Source: Candidatus Woesearchaeota archaeon
GTDB lineage: Archaea > Nanobdellota > Nanobdellia > Woesearchaeales > UBA12501
Direction: 5' to 3'
Length of the DNA stretch: 64,000 bases
Assembly: GCA_046484055.1 (NCBI GenBank)
Contig: JAWOBY010000050.1
Location: 1,232-65,231, forward strand
A program made the translations under genes and the position numbers. Within the stretch, counting starts at the first letter, position 1; every line of letters starts with the position of its first letter. This document shows, piece after piece, positions 19,068 to 29,699 of this stretch. Under the pieces are notes generated by a model, which searched no databases, was not told the origin of the DNA, and saw only the letters and a list, made by a program, of their open reading frames with translations.

Positions 19068-19471
19068 CAGGTATCAGGACAGGAATCCACTTTTATATAA
19101 TTTGTCATATATTGTTATAAATGGAAGTGACTGGAAGTGGATAGGGCCATATAAGGCATTGTATGCGGGGTTTATATGCGCGCGTATTATACTGCCATTA
19201 TATACATATTTGGGCCACGGTCCTGCAGGCAGGCATAGGTCCTGTGTGGGGCAAGTATAGGCATGGTGTAGGGCAGGAAGGGCACCCGCCTGAAACCCCA
19301 AAATTCTGGCTTCAGACGGCCTGAGAACCGCTTTTTTTACCGCAAACTTTATAAATGGAAAGATGATGCAATATCCTGCTGAAAGGACCTGAAAACGCCA
19401 AATTCTGGCCTTATGGGGCTTTTAGGGTTCAGAGATTATAGGATGAACAGGAGCAATCAAGGGCAATCATA

Positions 19472-22045
19472 ATGGAAGAGGACAAGGAACCGGAGAGAGA
19501 GGATAAAAGCAGGGAGTCAGAAGACAATCCCTCTGAAAGAGAAGAGAAGAAAGCAGATAACAGTCCGGAGGGCAGGAAACAGGAGCCTTCTGAAAACATA
19601 CCAGGGAGTTCTGAAAGTGCTGACAAGCCTGCAGGAGGCAGGGTCACCAAAAGGGTAATTGAGGATGAGATGAAGGAGGCATATCTTGATTATTCCATGT
19701 CAGTCATAGTCGGCAGGGCGCTGCCTGATGTGAAGGACGGCATGAAGCCCGTGCACAGGAGGATCATATATGCAATGCATGACATGGGGCTGGTCCATAA
19801 CAAGCCCTCCAAGAAGTCAGCGAGGATCGTCGGAGAGGTTCTCGGTAAATACCATCCTCATGGTGATTCCGCGGTCTATGATGCGCTGGTGAGGATGGCC
19901 CAGGAATTCTCGATGCGTTACAGGCTGATAAACGGGCAGGGGAATTTCGGAAGCATTGACGGCGACAGCGCTGCTGCGATGAGGTATACTGAGGCAAAAC
20001 TGACAAAGATCTCAGAGGACATAATAAAGGACATCGATAAGGGGACAGTCGATTTCATGCCCAATTTTGACGGCAGCCTGAAGGAGCCTGTGGTGCTGCC
20101 TGCCAAAGTGCCGAATCTTCTGGTGAACGGGAGTTCGGGTATAGCAGTGGGCATGGCAACCAACATACCCCCTCACAATCTCAGGGAGATATCAGAGGGC
20201 GCTATCGCGCTGATAGAGAATCCTGACATGAGCATCGCAGAACTGATGGATATGGTCAAGGGCCCTGATTTCCCCACTGCAGGCATAATATCAGGAATGA
20301 ACGGGATAAAGTCCGCATACACTACAGGAAGGGGGAGGATAGTCGTCAAGGCAAGGGCGGATATCGAAGAGCACAAGAACAGGGAGAGGATAGTGATAAC
20401 AGAGATACCATACCAGATAAACAAGGCCCTCCTTATCGAGGAGATAGCCAACCATGTGAAGGAGAAGAAGATAACAGGCATCAGCGACATAAGGGATGAG
20501 TCTGACAAGAGCGGCATAAGGGTTGTCATAGAGCTGAGGAAGGACGCACAGTCCAATGTTGTCCTCAACCAGCTATATAAGTATACGAGGATGACATACA
20601 CCTTCGGTGCGATAATGCTCGCGCTTGTGGACAACCAGCCAAAGCTCCTGAACCTCAAGCAGCTGCTCCAGCATCACATATCACACAGGCAGGTGGTGGT
20701 GAGGAGAAGGACAGAGTTCGAGCTCAAGAAGGCAAGGGAGAGATCCCACATACTTGAAGGCCTCATAATCGCGCTTGATAATATTGATGAGGTCATAACA
20801 GGCATAAAGAAATCAGGCAGTATAGAGGAAGCGAAGAGCCTTCTCATGAAAGATTACAGCCTCAGCGAGGCGCAGGCAAAGGCAATACTCGAGATGAGGC
20901 TGCAGAAGCTTTCCTCAATGGAGCAGAACAAGATAAGGGAGGAGCAGAAAGAGCTCACAAAACTCATAGAGCGCCTGACGGCGATACTGGCTTCAGAGCA
21001 GGAGATACTCGCGATAATAAAGAAAGAGTTTGAGGAAGTGAGAGATGAGTACGGTGATGAGAGGAGGACTGTGATAGAGGAATCACAGGAGGATGACATG
21101 GTTATGGAGGACCTGATAAGAGAGGAGGATGTGGTGGTCACCATCAGCCACAAGGGATACATAAAGAGGACAAGGCTTTCCGAGTACAAGCAGCAGCAGA
21201 GAGGCGGAAAAGGAGTGATAGCCGCAGGAACAAAAGACGAGGATTTCGTGGAGCGGATGTTCATAACCTCAACCCATTCGAACATACTCTTCTTCACTGA
21301 CAGGGGCAAGGTCTACTGGCTGAAGGTATACAACATCCCCGAGGCCTCAAGACAGGCGAGAGGCAAGGCGATAGTGAACATGATCAACATAGCGAGGGAT
21401 GAGAAGGTGTATGCCTCGGTTGATGTGAAGGAATTTGATGATAAGCATTATCTTGTGCTGGCCACAGAGAAAGGGATAATAAAGAAGACCAACCTTAAGG
21501 AATATTCGAGGCCGAGGCAGACAGGGATAATAGGCATAACCCTTGAGGAGGGCGACAATCTCGTCAATGCTGTCCTCACTGACGGCAGCAAGCAGGTCAT
21601 GCTCGCCACCAGCGGAGGGATGGCCATAAAATTCCATGAGAAGGATGCGAGGCCGATAGGAAGGACTTCAAAAGGTGTGAGGGGCATAAGCCTGAAAGGG
21701 GATGACAGGGTCATTGGGATGGTGCTTGCTGATGAGAGCAAGACCCTTTTCACTGTCACTGAGAACGGATATGGAAAGCGCACCAAAATATCAGATTACA
21801 GGCTCATAAACAGAGGGGGCGTAGGCGTCCGGAACATACAATGCACAGGCAGGAACGGCAGGGCTGTCGCCGTGAGGGTTGTGGATGATGAGGACCAGAT
21901 AATGCTCATGAGCAGGAAAGGCATAACCATAAGGTGCCCTGTGAATGGAATCCCAGCCATAGGCAGGAATACCCAGGGAGTAAGGATAATGAAGATAAGC
22001 CCTGATGACAGCGTGGCAGGCGCTGCTGACATCGTGCAGGACTGA
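19472..22045 (+). CDS. gyrA: DNA gyrase subunit A
   Basis: 857 aa. [17 protein letters not shown], the active-site region [10 protein letters not shown], and C-terminal beta-pinwheel repeats. Has a ~60-aa charged N-terminal extension. No gyrB in the window. Confidence 0.95.
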   Translation: MEEDKEPEREDKSRESEDNPSEREEKKADNSPEGRKQEPSENIPGSSESADKPAGGRVTKRVIEDEMKEAYLDYSMSVIVGRALPDVKDGMKPVHRRIIYAMHDMGLVHNKPSKKSARIVGEVLGKYHPHGDSAVYDALVRMAQEFSMRYRLINGQGNFGSIDGDSAAAMRYTEAKLTKISEDIIKDIDKGTVDFMPNFDGSLKEPVVLPAKVPNLLVNGSSGIAVGMATNIPPHNLREISEGAIALIENPDMSIAELMDMVKGPDFPTAGIISGMNGIKSAYTTGRGRIVVKARADIEEHKNRERIVITEIPYQINKALLIEEIANHVKEKKITGISDIRDESDKSGIRVVIELRKDAQSNVVLNQLYKYTRMTYTFGAIMLALVDNQPKLLNLKQLLQHHISHRQVVVRRRTEFELKKARERSHILEGLIIALDNIDEVITGIKKSGSIEEAKSLLMKDYSLSEAQAKAILEMRLQKLSSMEQNKIREEQKELTKLIERLTAILASEQEILAIIKKEFEEVRDEYGDERRTVIEESQEDDMVMEDLIREEDVVVTISHKGYIKRTRLSEYKQQQRGGKGVIAAGTKDEDFVERMFITSTHSNILFFTDRGKVYWLKVYNIPEASRQARGKAIVNMINIARDEKVYASVDVKEFDDKHYLVLATEKGIIKKTNLKEYSRPRQTGIIGITLEEGDNLVNAVLTDGSKQVMLATSGGMAIKFHEKDARPIGRTSKGVRGISLKGDDRVIGMVLADESKTLFTVTENGYGKRTKISDYRLINRGGVGVRNIQCTGRNGRAVAVRVVDDEDQIMLMSRKGITIRCPVNGIPAIGRNTQGVRIMKISPDDSVAGAADIVQD

Positions 22046-22449
22046 AAAAGCCTTCCCTGACCTTAAGAAGCATTAAAAAACGATTCTGAACATTCAAAGA
22101 TGATGAACGGCCTTTGTTGCCTTTAAAGAAGGATTGTTTCTCTGGTAAAATATATCCCCTATAATCCCCCAACAGATTTCATATCCTTATAGGCCAAGAG
22201 GTCCGGTCTTATGGGAAGGGCAGGGATGACAGGCAGATATCATATGACAGGCCGCTAAGGCCCTTACAAGCCCTTCTCTGGGCCTTGAGAAATAAAACAG
22301 GGATAAATTCATCACTATTAAGTGATTAAAAAACGAAAGATTTAAATATGAGAGATGTGTAATGCAATCACAAGGCTAAAAATATGGCCAGACACCTTTC
22401 AGACAGATAAAAACACACAAGAAGATGTGTTGTGATGAAATAAGAAAAA

Positions 22450-24276
22450 ATGGCAGACCCCAACAACAAACAGGATCTTGAATTCAGGATAGACACATTA
22501 GATGTGACAGGAGGCAAAGCTGTAAGCATAGATGACCCCTCAGGACAGGTAAAGGGAGTCATCTATAATGGAGACAAGCTCGCTCCTTCTTCCAGACTGA
22601 AAGAGGCTATATATCAGAGAGATGAAGCAAAGAATAAAGCAAGGCTCAACAGCAGGATTGCAGACCTTGCATTTTACATCGACGACCTGAATGATGACCT
22701 TCATATGGGAAAGAGGGAAATCAATGGAAAGGAAACAGAATTCACAGAGGACATGGCGATAAGCGAGATAATAAGCTATCTCGGGAAGGAGCTTGAGGCA
22801 TACTATGCAGCATTCATACCCAACCCCTCACTGGTCCCCCAGGATATTTACGGGGGCACAGAACTGCACAGGCAGAACGGGGGGTTCAAGGAGCTGCCTG
22901 ATCAGGGAAAAGATTTCTTTGAGAAGAAAAGGATAAAATACCCTCAGATTGCGATAGATTTCAATCGCGCGGAAACCAGCTTTGAGCCATCATTCGAGAT
23001 GTACCTCCCCACAAAAGAAGGCATGAAAAGGCTGCACGGGGCCGCTTTTACGCTTTACCCTCAGCCAGGCGATGATGTGGTGGGAGCGATACAGGTCATA
23101 GGCGCAAAGAAGTTTAGTGATGAAGACAAGAGATTCCTGAAAAACTACACCAAGCTTGCGGATACCTTCCTCAGGGATGTGATGGAAAAGAAACTGAACA
23201 GGAGACTTGAAGGAAAATCACAATCAATGAACGGTGAATTCGATGAAGCTTTCAGCATAGGGGAAGATGTGAGCAGCCGTTTCGGCATGAGCGCTGAAGA
23301 GCTCGCCGGCGATTTTACAGGAGCAGGGGATTTTTCAACTGCCGATGGTCTGCAGAACAATGGAGCAGATGAAGGGACAGGAACAAGAAAGAAATGGAAG
23401 TTCTATGAGAAAGGCTCATATTTTGACACCCACTTTGATGATATACGTGATGGTGTTACAAATTCATTCCTCCTGGGATTCAGGTCTGTAAACATAGATA
23501 CCAACAGCACATCCAGCCCCCAGGAACTCGCCGCCATGCGCTGGAGGGAAGGCAGCAAGTTCATAACAGACATTTACCAAGGCAGACAGGGGATCAACGT
23601 GCCTGAAGAGGATATAGAGAAGGACAGGGAATCGGCAGTATCCCTGGCAAAACTGGTTTATGGGGTATTCAATGAGGAAGGCAACAAGAGGGAGATAAAA
23701 GATAAGCTTGAAGGCGGCGAATACAAGCTAATGGGCGACAGAGGAGTGGATTATGAGACCATGACAACAGCGGCCATGTTCGTAGGCTCATTCGCAAGAG
23801 CCGTAAAATACATGAAAGATGCGGATAATATAAGAAGGGTTGATGAAGTAAGAGAGAATAATGACATAAAGGAGATGACAAGCTGGCTGTCAGAATTAAT
23901 CGAGTACACTAACGGAAAGTTTTCATATTATGGTGATCCCCTTGTCAATAATAAAGGCAAGCCATCACCACTCGGATCCACAGTCATGGACATGGCGCAG
24001 AGGATCGACCCCAGGAAAGATAGCAATTTCGCGGTTGATCTTGTGGAGCGCATAATCGATTATGAGGAGAAGGTGCAGGAGTCAGGCAGCTCATCCGCAA
24101 TGACACCCTACAATGCGCTAATGGATATGTACACAGACTGCACAAACATCAACGGAGACAAAGTAGAAGTGGACGAGAGGGAAGTTAATGCCTTAAAAAT
24201 GATAGACAAGCTGGTCAGCCCTAAGGGCAGGCCTGTGTATAAGGACTTCAGAGAACAGATGAACAATATAAAATAA
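22450..24276 (+). CDS. hypothetical protein (608 aa; short GAF-like segment)
   Basis: Long ORF. The segment GAAFTLYPQPGDDVVGAIQVIGAKKFSDEDKRFLKNYTKLADTFL resembles the end of a GAF domain. The rest is unrecognised. Confidence 0.6.
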   Translation: MADPNNKQDLEFRIDTLDVTGGKAVSIDDPSGQVKGVIYNGDKLAPSSRLKEAIYQRDEAKNKARLNSRIADLAFYIDDLNDDLHMGKREINGKETEFTEDMAISEIISYLGKELEAYYAAFIPNPSLVPQDIYGGTELHRQNGGFKELPDQGKDFFEKKRIKYPQIAIDFNRAETSFEPSFEMYLPTKEGMKRLHGAAFTLYPQPGDDVVGAIQVIGAKKFSDEDKRFLKNYTKLADTFLRDVMEKKLNRRLEGKSQSMNGEFDEAFSIGEDVSSRFGMSAEELAGDFTGAGDFSTADGLQNNGADEGTGTRKKWKFYEKGSYFDTHFDDIRDGVTNSFLLGFRSVNIDTNSTSSPQELAAMRWREGSKFITDIYQGRQGINVPEEDIEKDRESAVSLAKLVYGVFNEEGNKREIKDKLEGGEYKLMGDRGVDYETMTTAAMFVGSFARAVKYMKDADNIRRVDEVRENNDIKEMTSWLSELIEYTNGKFSYYGDPLVNNKGKPSPLGSTVMDMAQRIDPRKDSNFAVDLVERIIDYEEKVQESGSSSAMTPYNALMDMYTDCTNINGDKVEVDEREVNALKMIDKLVSPKGRPVYKDFREQMNNIK

Positions 24277-24339
24277 GACCCCATATTCCCCTTAAACAAT
24301 ACCAAAAACCTTATAAACATCTTTTTTCTTTTCCGGCCC

Positions 24340-25260
24340 ATGATTTCAAGACTCTTCAGGAGCAGAAAAGGGGCTGTAACTGAGCGCCTGGGCGAGGAGA
24401 TCGTGGATGAGATCCTTGAAGCAGGCCTCGCGATACTTCTTGTTGTGGCAGGGATCTCTTATTTCAACCTGGAGGAGAACTGGGTGGAGGCAGTCACCCT
24501 CTTCGCTGAGAATGCGGGCCTGCAGGGTGTGCAGAGCGAGATATCCATGATGTACAATTCTGTAGTATCCGGATTCCCTTTCAGCTTCATCAGCGCGCAT
24601 CTTGCCGGATCCATAGCATTCGGCGCGATCCTCTGCATAGCGGGCATAACCATAAAGATCATAACCCTGAAATCAAGGGAGGAATTCATAAGGGACATGG
24701 GAAAGGTTATCCTTGTACCAGGTATTCTTGGTGTCATCGCCATAGTTTTCATACAGATAATGACAGTCAATTCACTCAACGACCTCTTCACGACATCAGA
24801 TGTGGGCACTGCAGAGATAGCGCTCGGCCAGATATCATCAGGAGCCATGCTGTGGAACATGATGGGCCTGCTTTTCCTGATAGGGTTCTTCTCACTCATA
24901 TTCGGGGCGATGCTGTTGTATATGGTCAAGGCCCTCAAGGGAAAGCCCGCATTCCTGGCCATATTATCAAGATTCCTCGTGTTCATAGGATGGTTCGGCC
25001 TCGGCTATTATCTTATAGTCCGCCTTCTTGCGCTTGAGGCGATTTCAGGGAGCCTTTACGGCGGCAATATACTCAAGCTGTTCGCCTTCTCATGGTACAT
25101 ATCGAGGGGCACCTTCATGACAGCTGTGATCATGTTCGCGCTCGGCTTCACACTGTACAAGCACGGAAACAAGGAGATCAGAAAGAAAAGGAGGGCTGCC
25201 ATAAGGGAAGCCAAAAGAAACGAGATGGTAATCCATAAGAGCCCGTATGAGCAGGGATGA
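24340..25260 (+). CDS. polytopic membrane protein, unknown function
   Basis: 306 aa with about seven hydrophobic helices and a basic C-terminal tail (KKRRAAIREAKRNE). Confidence 0.6.
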   Translation: MISRLFRSRKGAVTERLGEEIVDEILEAGLAILLVVAGISYFNLEENWVEAVTLFAENAGLQGVQSEISMMYNSVVSGFPFSFISAHLAGSIAFGAILCIAGITIKIITLKSREEFIRDMGKVILVPGILGVIAIVFIQIMTVNSLNDLFTTSDVGTAEIALGQISSGAMLWNMMGLLFLIGFFSLIFGAMLLYMVKALKGKPAFLAILSRFLVFIGWFGLGYYLIVRLLALEAISGSLYGGNILKLFAFSWYISRGTFMTAVIMFALGFTLYKHGNKEIRKKRRAAIREAKRNEMVIHKSPYEQG

Positions 25261-25522
25261 ATCATTAAAGCTATTTTTGAGTTTAGGAGCTATATCTGAA
25301 TGTTTATGAACATTCATGAACTATAAAGAGTAGTAACATGCTTTTTTAACCCCCAAAAAGCCTCTGTTTCCCGGATAAGTTATAAGTAGGCACATGATGA
25401 CCACATCAACTGCCAAGTTCCAAGAAGGACTCAAAACAACTAATATGGCATGATAACAGAACACACAACAATAAATTTACCAAACATATAATGCAGCCAC
25501 TGGATACAATATCATATATAAG

Positions 25523-26956
25523 ATGGCAAAGAAGATGGCACAGAATAAGAACGAAAAAGCAGAGGATTCTGAAAAGGACGGGCTGATAAAGAAAGTCCGC
25601 GTCACTGATGGACAGAGGTCTTCCCTCTCAAATGTAATCGTGTCCATGGCAGATGATGTTTACGGATTGGAGCTGAACGGCAGGGTGAAAAAGAGCCTCC
25701 ATGATATAGGAATGGTCATGATAGACGGAACGCTCTATTTCAGCGGATACCGCGGCCATGAAGACCCGGACGCACAGGAAGAGCTGCTTGAGGTGGAAAG
25801 CTTCAACGGTTCCTTGTTCGATGGCAAAGCCCCTGAGAGGATAAAGGTGGGGGATATGATACTGTACAGCGATAAGGAAGCAGCCATTCAAGAGGCCGCT
25901 AAAATAACAGAAGGGCCAGCTGAAGAATCGAATCTGGAAAGCATGGCAGGAACTGATGAAGGAATATATGACACCAACACCCCTGATAAGGATTTCCTGA
26001 TTGCCGCATTATACGCGCGAGCGCTCCAGACAGCGGAGGAGAAAGAAGAGCTGTCAGGCAGGCTTGAGGAAAAAGCCAAAGAGTACGAAAGAGAGATGGA
26101 GAGCAAGGAAGATGAGCACCAGAAAGAACTGGCAGCGCAGAAGGATATCCTGGAAGGAAAACATGGAAAAAAGGAGCGCGAACTTAAAAGACAGGTCCAG
26201 GATTACGAGAAGAAGCTCGCGGAATATGAAGGCAGAGAGAATGGTTATGAAGAAAAGCTTGAGGAACAGAGAAAATACACGCAGTATCTTGACGAAGAGC
26301 TCAACAAGGCCAGGAAGCTTATCGAGAATTATGATGCGCTGGTGTCAGAGATCGCGGAGATGAGCCGGGAAAAGCCGCTGAGGGAGAGGGTGGCGGCCGC
26401 CAGGAACAAGCTCGTGGAACTCAGGGGCCTGAGAGAAAGAGTGAAGGAGCTTGAAGAGGAGATGAGCAGTGTTGAGGAACTGTACATAAGCCCTGATGCT
26501 GAAGTGCCTGCAGAAGATGGGGCGACACCCTTACAGAAGCCTTTACAGAAGAATACTGAAAGCACTAAAGAGAATGATGCTAGCTACAATACAGCAGGAA
26601 GCCCGAGAGACCTCGATGCAGCAGCGAATTATGTTGTGCTCAAGATATACAACAGATACAGAGGCGACGAGGATGCCGTAATGAAGGAGCTGAATGAGGT
26701 GCTTGACGGCTTTGAGAGGCTGGAGCCTGAAGATAAGGGCCTTACGCGCAAAGACTTCGCAATACTCAGGGAATTCTACAATCACAAATGCCAGGAGATG
26801 TCCCAGTACACCCTGATGGATCATTCAATAATAACACCTCTCATAGTGGACAATGAGATCAAGCCCATGTTCAGGAGCATGGAAACCCCAAGCGAGAGGG
26901 TCAGCCTGGAACACAAGCTGAGAGGATCATATGAAAATTATGAGACAGAACAATAA
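25523..26956 (+). CDS. coiled-coil protein, unknown function
   Basis: 477 aa. The central ~180 aa are heptad-like and E/K/R-rich (EEKAKEYEREMESKEDEHQKELAAQKD...), flanked by globular N- and C-terminal domains. Confidence 0.6.
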   Translation: MAKKMAQNKNEKAEDSEKDGLIKKVRVTDGQRSSLSNVIVSMADDVYGLELNGRVKKSLHDIGMVMIDGTLYFSGYRGHEDPDAQEELLEVESFNGSLFDGKAPERIKVGDMILYSDKEAAIQEAAKITEGPAEESNLESMAGTDEGIYDTNTPDKDFLIAALYARALQTAEEKEELSGRLEEKAKEYEREMESKEDEHQKELAAQKDILEGKHGKKERELKRQVQDYEKKLAEYEGRENGYEEKLEEQRKYTQYLDEELNKARKLIENYDALVSEIAEMSREKPLRERVAAARNKLVELRGLRERVKELEEEMSSVEELYISPDAEVPAEDGATPLQKPLQKNTESTKENDASYNTAGSPRDLDAAANYVVLKIYNRYRGDEDAVMKELNEVLDGFERLEPEDKGLTRKDFAILREFYNHKCQEMSQYTLMDHSIITPLIVDNEIKPMFRSMETPSERVSLEHKLRGSYENYETEQ

Positions 26957-27014
26957 CCGATTATGACCAACCCAAACCACCATATTTAAATAAGCGCGCC
27001 TCACCCATAATTCT

Positions 27015-28163
27015 ATGAAAGCAATTGCCATAACAAATCCAGGCATCGAGGAGGTGGCGGCCCTTGAGATAAGGGAGCTCATAGGAAAGAAAGCAAAAAG
27101 CATATCCAGTGGAGAATCTGTTGTCCATTTCGATGCGGAGGATTATCATGCATTGTGCATCCTCTGCTACAGGACCCAGTCCCTTGCGAGGGTGCTTCTG
27201 CTGCTGGAAAGCTTTGAGTTCAGCAGTATCGATGATATAGGATCAATTGCAAAAAATATGGCGGGAGGAGGATTCAGAAAGCTTCTTACAGCGGATACAA
27301 GATTCAGGGTAAGGTGCAGGAGAGAAGGGAACCAGGATTTCTCCGGCCGTGATGTCGAGGATGTGATAGGAAAACACATTGAAGGCAGGGTTGATCTTGA
27401 CTCCCCTGAGATCACAATCTACGCATACATACACGGCAACAAATGCCATATAGGCATTGACTTCGCGGGCTTCGACCTCAGCAAGAGGCATTACAGGGTC
27501 TTCACGCATAAGGATTCGCTGAAAGCGACAGTGGCCTATGCCCTCGTAAGGCTCTCAGGATATGAAGGGAAGGGTTCACTGCTTGACCCGTTCTGCACAA
27601 CAGGCACGATACCTATAGAGGCAGCGCTCTACGCCTGCTGGTTCCCTGTCAATCATTACAGGAAGGAGAATCTGGCTTTCCTCAGGTTCAGCTTCATAGA
27701 CAGGGAGTCTGTCATGAATATCCTTGAGGAAGAGGACAGGAAGATCGACCATGACAAAAATACAGACATAAAAGGCTATGATGCGATGCTCGCCTACGTG
27801 AAGGCATCCCAGAAGAACGCCAAGATAGCGGGAATAAACAAGAAAGTCCAGTTCGGCAAGGCTGAGATCAGCTGGATGGACACCAAAGCTGACAAGGAAC
27901 AGGTAGACAAGGTGGTCACAAGCCTCCCCCCCATGCCCCGAAAGGGCAGCAGGAAAGAAGGGAAGAAGAGAATTGAAAGCATATACAGGGATTTCTTCTA
28001 CCAGTGCGAGTTCATACTGAACAGCAAAGGCAGGATCACCATCACCGCGGACTCGCCGGAGGTCATGAGAAAACATGCTGAGGATTACGGATTCACCATA
28101 GAGAAAGAGATTACAGCGATGCAGGGCAAGAAACAGCTGAATATTTTTGTCATCAGAAAGTAA
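27015..28163 (+). CDS. THUMP-domain RNA methyltransferase (Trm14/RlmL-like, putative tRNA m2G)
   Basis: 382 aa. N-terminal THUMP-like region (FRVRCRREGNQDFSGRDVEDVIG). SAM-MTase motif I region LLDPFCTTGTIPIEAAL. The catalytic motif is atypical: VVTSLPPMP rather than NPPY/DPPY. Confidence 0.8.
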   Translation: MKAIAITNPGIEEVAALEIRELIGKKAKSISSGESVVHFDAEDYHALCILCYRTQSLARVLLLLESFEFSSIDDIGSIAKNMAGGGFRKLLTADTRFRVRCRREGNQDFSGRDVEDVIGKHIEGRVDLDSPEITIYAYIHGNKCHIGIDFAGFDLSKRHYRVFTHKDSLKATVAYALVRLSGYEGKGSLLDPFCTTGTIPIEAALYACWFPVNHYRKENLAFLRFSFIDRESVMNILEEEDRKIDHDKNTDIKGYDAMLAYVKASQKNAKIAGINKKVQFGKAEISWMDTKADKEQVDKVVTSLPPMPRKGSRKEGKKRIESIYRDFFYQCEFILNSKGRITITADSPEVMRKHAEDYGFTIEKEITAMQGKKQLNIFVIRK

Positions 28164-28200
28164 GCAGGAAATTTTAAATAAGCCATAACTCTCCTGTAGA

Positions 28201-28473
28201 GTGATGAGAAACAGAAAACCGAATGCTTTTGAGAAGATACTTCTCATCGTAGGGGTGGCAGTGCTGATGGTCGGCTATGGCCTCATCCACCGCCAGATAA
28301 TAATAGATGGATTCACCATAGAGATAATAATAGCCATCTTCCTCTGGTTCGTGCTTGTGGCACTGATAATAATCGCTGCCGCCAATGAGAACATAAAAGA
28401 GGAACTGAAGGATATCGTTGAGCTCCAGCTTCAGGAGATAAGACTGCTGAGGGAGGAGATCAGGAAGAAGTGA
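28201..28473 (+). CDS. small membrane protein with C-terminal coiled-coil
   Basis: 90 aa with two hydrophobic helices, then ELKDIVELQLQEIRLLREEIRKK. Confidence 0.45.
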   Translation: MMRNRKPNAFEKILLIVGVAVLMVGYGLIHRQIIIDGFTIEIIIAIFLWFVLVALIIIAAANENIKEELKDIVELQLQEIRLLREEIRKK

Positions 28474-28528
28474 ATGGGCAATACCCCAAAAGCGGAGCCC
28501 ATACAAGGAGGAAGGGAATGTTCTGGCC

Positions 28529-29002
28529 ATGATGACACTCGACAGCCTGCTGGAGGAGGCCCTGAAGATAAAAGGGGTTTTTGAGGGAAAAAGAAAATAC
28601 ACCAGAAGATGGAACTCCCTCAATTATTTTGTCACAGGAGGCGAATGCAGGGACAGCGGTATAATGAAAGAGGGCAGATATTTCGGCATGGGATGCCCTC
28701 TCCCTGAGATAGAATCATTGAATGAAGAACTGGAGAAGGAACACCAAAACGGCCACATGATAACCAAAGGGCAGGAAGCCGGATTCTACAGCATAAGGAT
28801 CTATACTGATCATTCAGGCGAACCCCTCTCACTACTGCTCTCAGACGGCAGAAAGACCTGCCGGCTCACAAGGCATGACGGCTTTCTGGGCACCAGATGG
28901 GCCCTTGATGAGATAGATTACGCATTCTCCGGACGAGCTGTGCTTACAGGCATGAGGGGATACCTATATGGGGAAGGCCATGACTCAAAGCAACATTTAT
29001 AA
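28529..29002 (+). CDS. hypothetical protein
   Basis: 157-aa ORF with no motif recognised. Confidence 0.5.
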   Translation: MMTLDSLLEEALKIKGVFEGKRKYTRRWNSLNYFVTGGECRDSGIMKEGRYFGMGCPLPEIESLNEELEKEHQNGHMITKGQEAGFYSIRIYTDHSGEPLSLLLSDGRKTCRLTRHDGFLGTRWALDEIDYAFSGRAVLTGMRGYLYGEGHDSKQHL

Positions 29003-29003
29003 A
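28996..29003 (+). promoter_or_regulatory. TATA-box-like element for RNase P RNA
   Basis: tttataaa lies ~24-31 nt upstream of the predicted P1 start at ~29027. Confidence 0.5.
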
Positions 29004-29026
29004 TGACCTAAAATTATAGGTGTAAT

Positions 29027-29423
29027 GTAGGGTCAGAAGGTGGCTGACGGTGGTTTTGCTCTTGAAGCATAAACCGCTGAGGAAAGTCCGCCCACAGCAA
29101 TATCGGCTGCTTTTGGCTCCATGCACCGCGCATGGGGGCACAAGTTCCGGAAACGGAAGGCAACCGCTCAGAAACGATACCGCCTGCCAGGCGCTATGAG
29201 GCTTGCGAAGGCCGTGGTGACACGGCTGAGACATACCAAAAACCAGCTGAGTCTGCTGGCAGGAGAGGATGAAACGGCGAGTCCCGGCCTGTGCAACCCG
29301 GAAAGGGGCTTAGTAGAATGCCATCACAGGCCATCGCAATCGTCATGAAATGCTTTGCGTAACGCAATGCAACAGATGACGATTGTTCGGGTCTGACAGG
29401 AGGCGGCTTACTCTGGCCCTACA
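29027..29423 (+). ncRNA. rnpB: RNase P RNA (archaeal)
   Basis: CR-I motif GAGGAAAGUCCGCCCAC and CR-V motif ACAGGAGGCGGCUUAC. P1 helix GUAGGGUCAGA (29027-29037) pairs with UCUGGCCCUAC (29412-29422). Ends are accurate to a few nt. Confidence 0.9.
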
Positions 29424-29483
29424 CTTTTTATATCCTACAGGAAAGCAGGACAGCATAACAAAAAAACAGAAAAGGTCAAGACA

Positions 29484-29660
29484 ATGGCAAAAGACAAAGT
29501 CTCAATGCCGAGATCTATGGGGGGTCTTGTGCAGTATTATGACGAGTACAAGTCAAAGATAGAGTTCAAGCCGGGCCATATCATAATATTCATAATAGCC
29601 ATAATCCTTATAGAGATACTGCTGCACTGGAGGGGTGCATCCCTCCTTGGAGCAGGATGA
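29484..29660 (+). CDS. secG: preprotein translocase subunit Sec61-beta (archaeal SecG)
   Basis: 58-aa ORF, below the track cutoff. Translation MAKDKVSMPRSMGGLVQYYDEYKSKIEFKPGHIIIFIIAIILIEILLH... The GL(V/M)(Q/R)Y(Y/F)DE motif plus a C-terminal tail-anchor helix is typical of the family. Confidence 0.75.
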   Translation: MAKDKVSMPRSMGGLVQYYDEYKSKIEFKPGHIIIFIIAIILIEILLHWRGASLLGAG

Positions 29661-29699
29661 GAGGGACAAAAAGGCATATGATGGAGGTTCAACTGCAAG

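Noticed and set aside
19122-19139. Tandem tggaagtg repeat, whose reverse complement contains TTCCAGT, considered as an origin recognition box
   Set aside because: It has only partial resemblance to ORB or mini-ORB cores and no dyad symmetry. There is no orc1/cdc6 gene in the window and no flanking inverted ORB pair. It is kept only as part of the repeat-rich spacer finding.
22086-22106. AUGAUGA C-box-like motif preceded by CUGA, upstream of the 608-aa gene
   Set aside because: No downstream D box (CUGA) occurs at an appropriate distance, there is no terminal stem, and the box order is wrong.
28944-29348. Two ORFs (96 aa minus, 75 aa plus) between the 157-aa gene and Sec61-beta
   Set aside because: Both lie inside the RNase P RNA, where the CR-I and CR-V motifs and the P1 helix are present. 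They are artefacts of a structured, GC-rich RNA gene.
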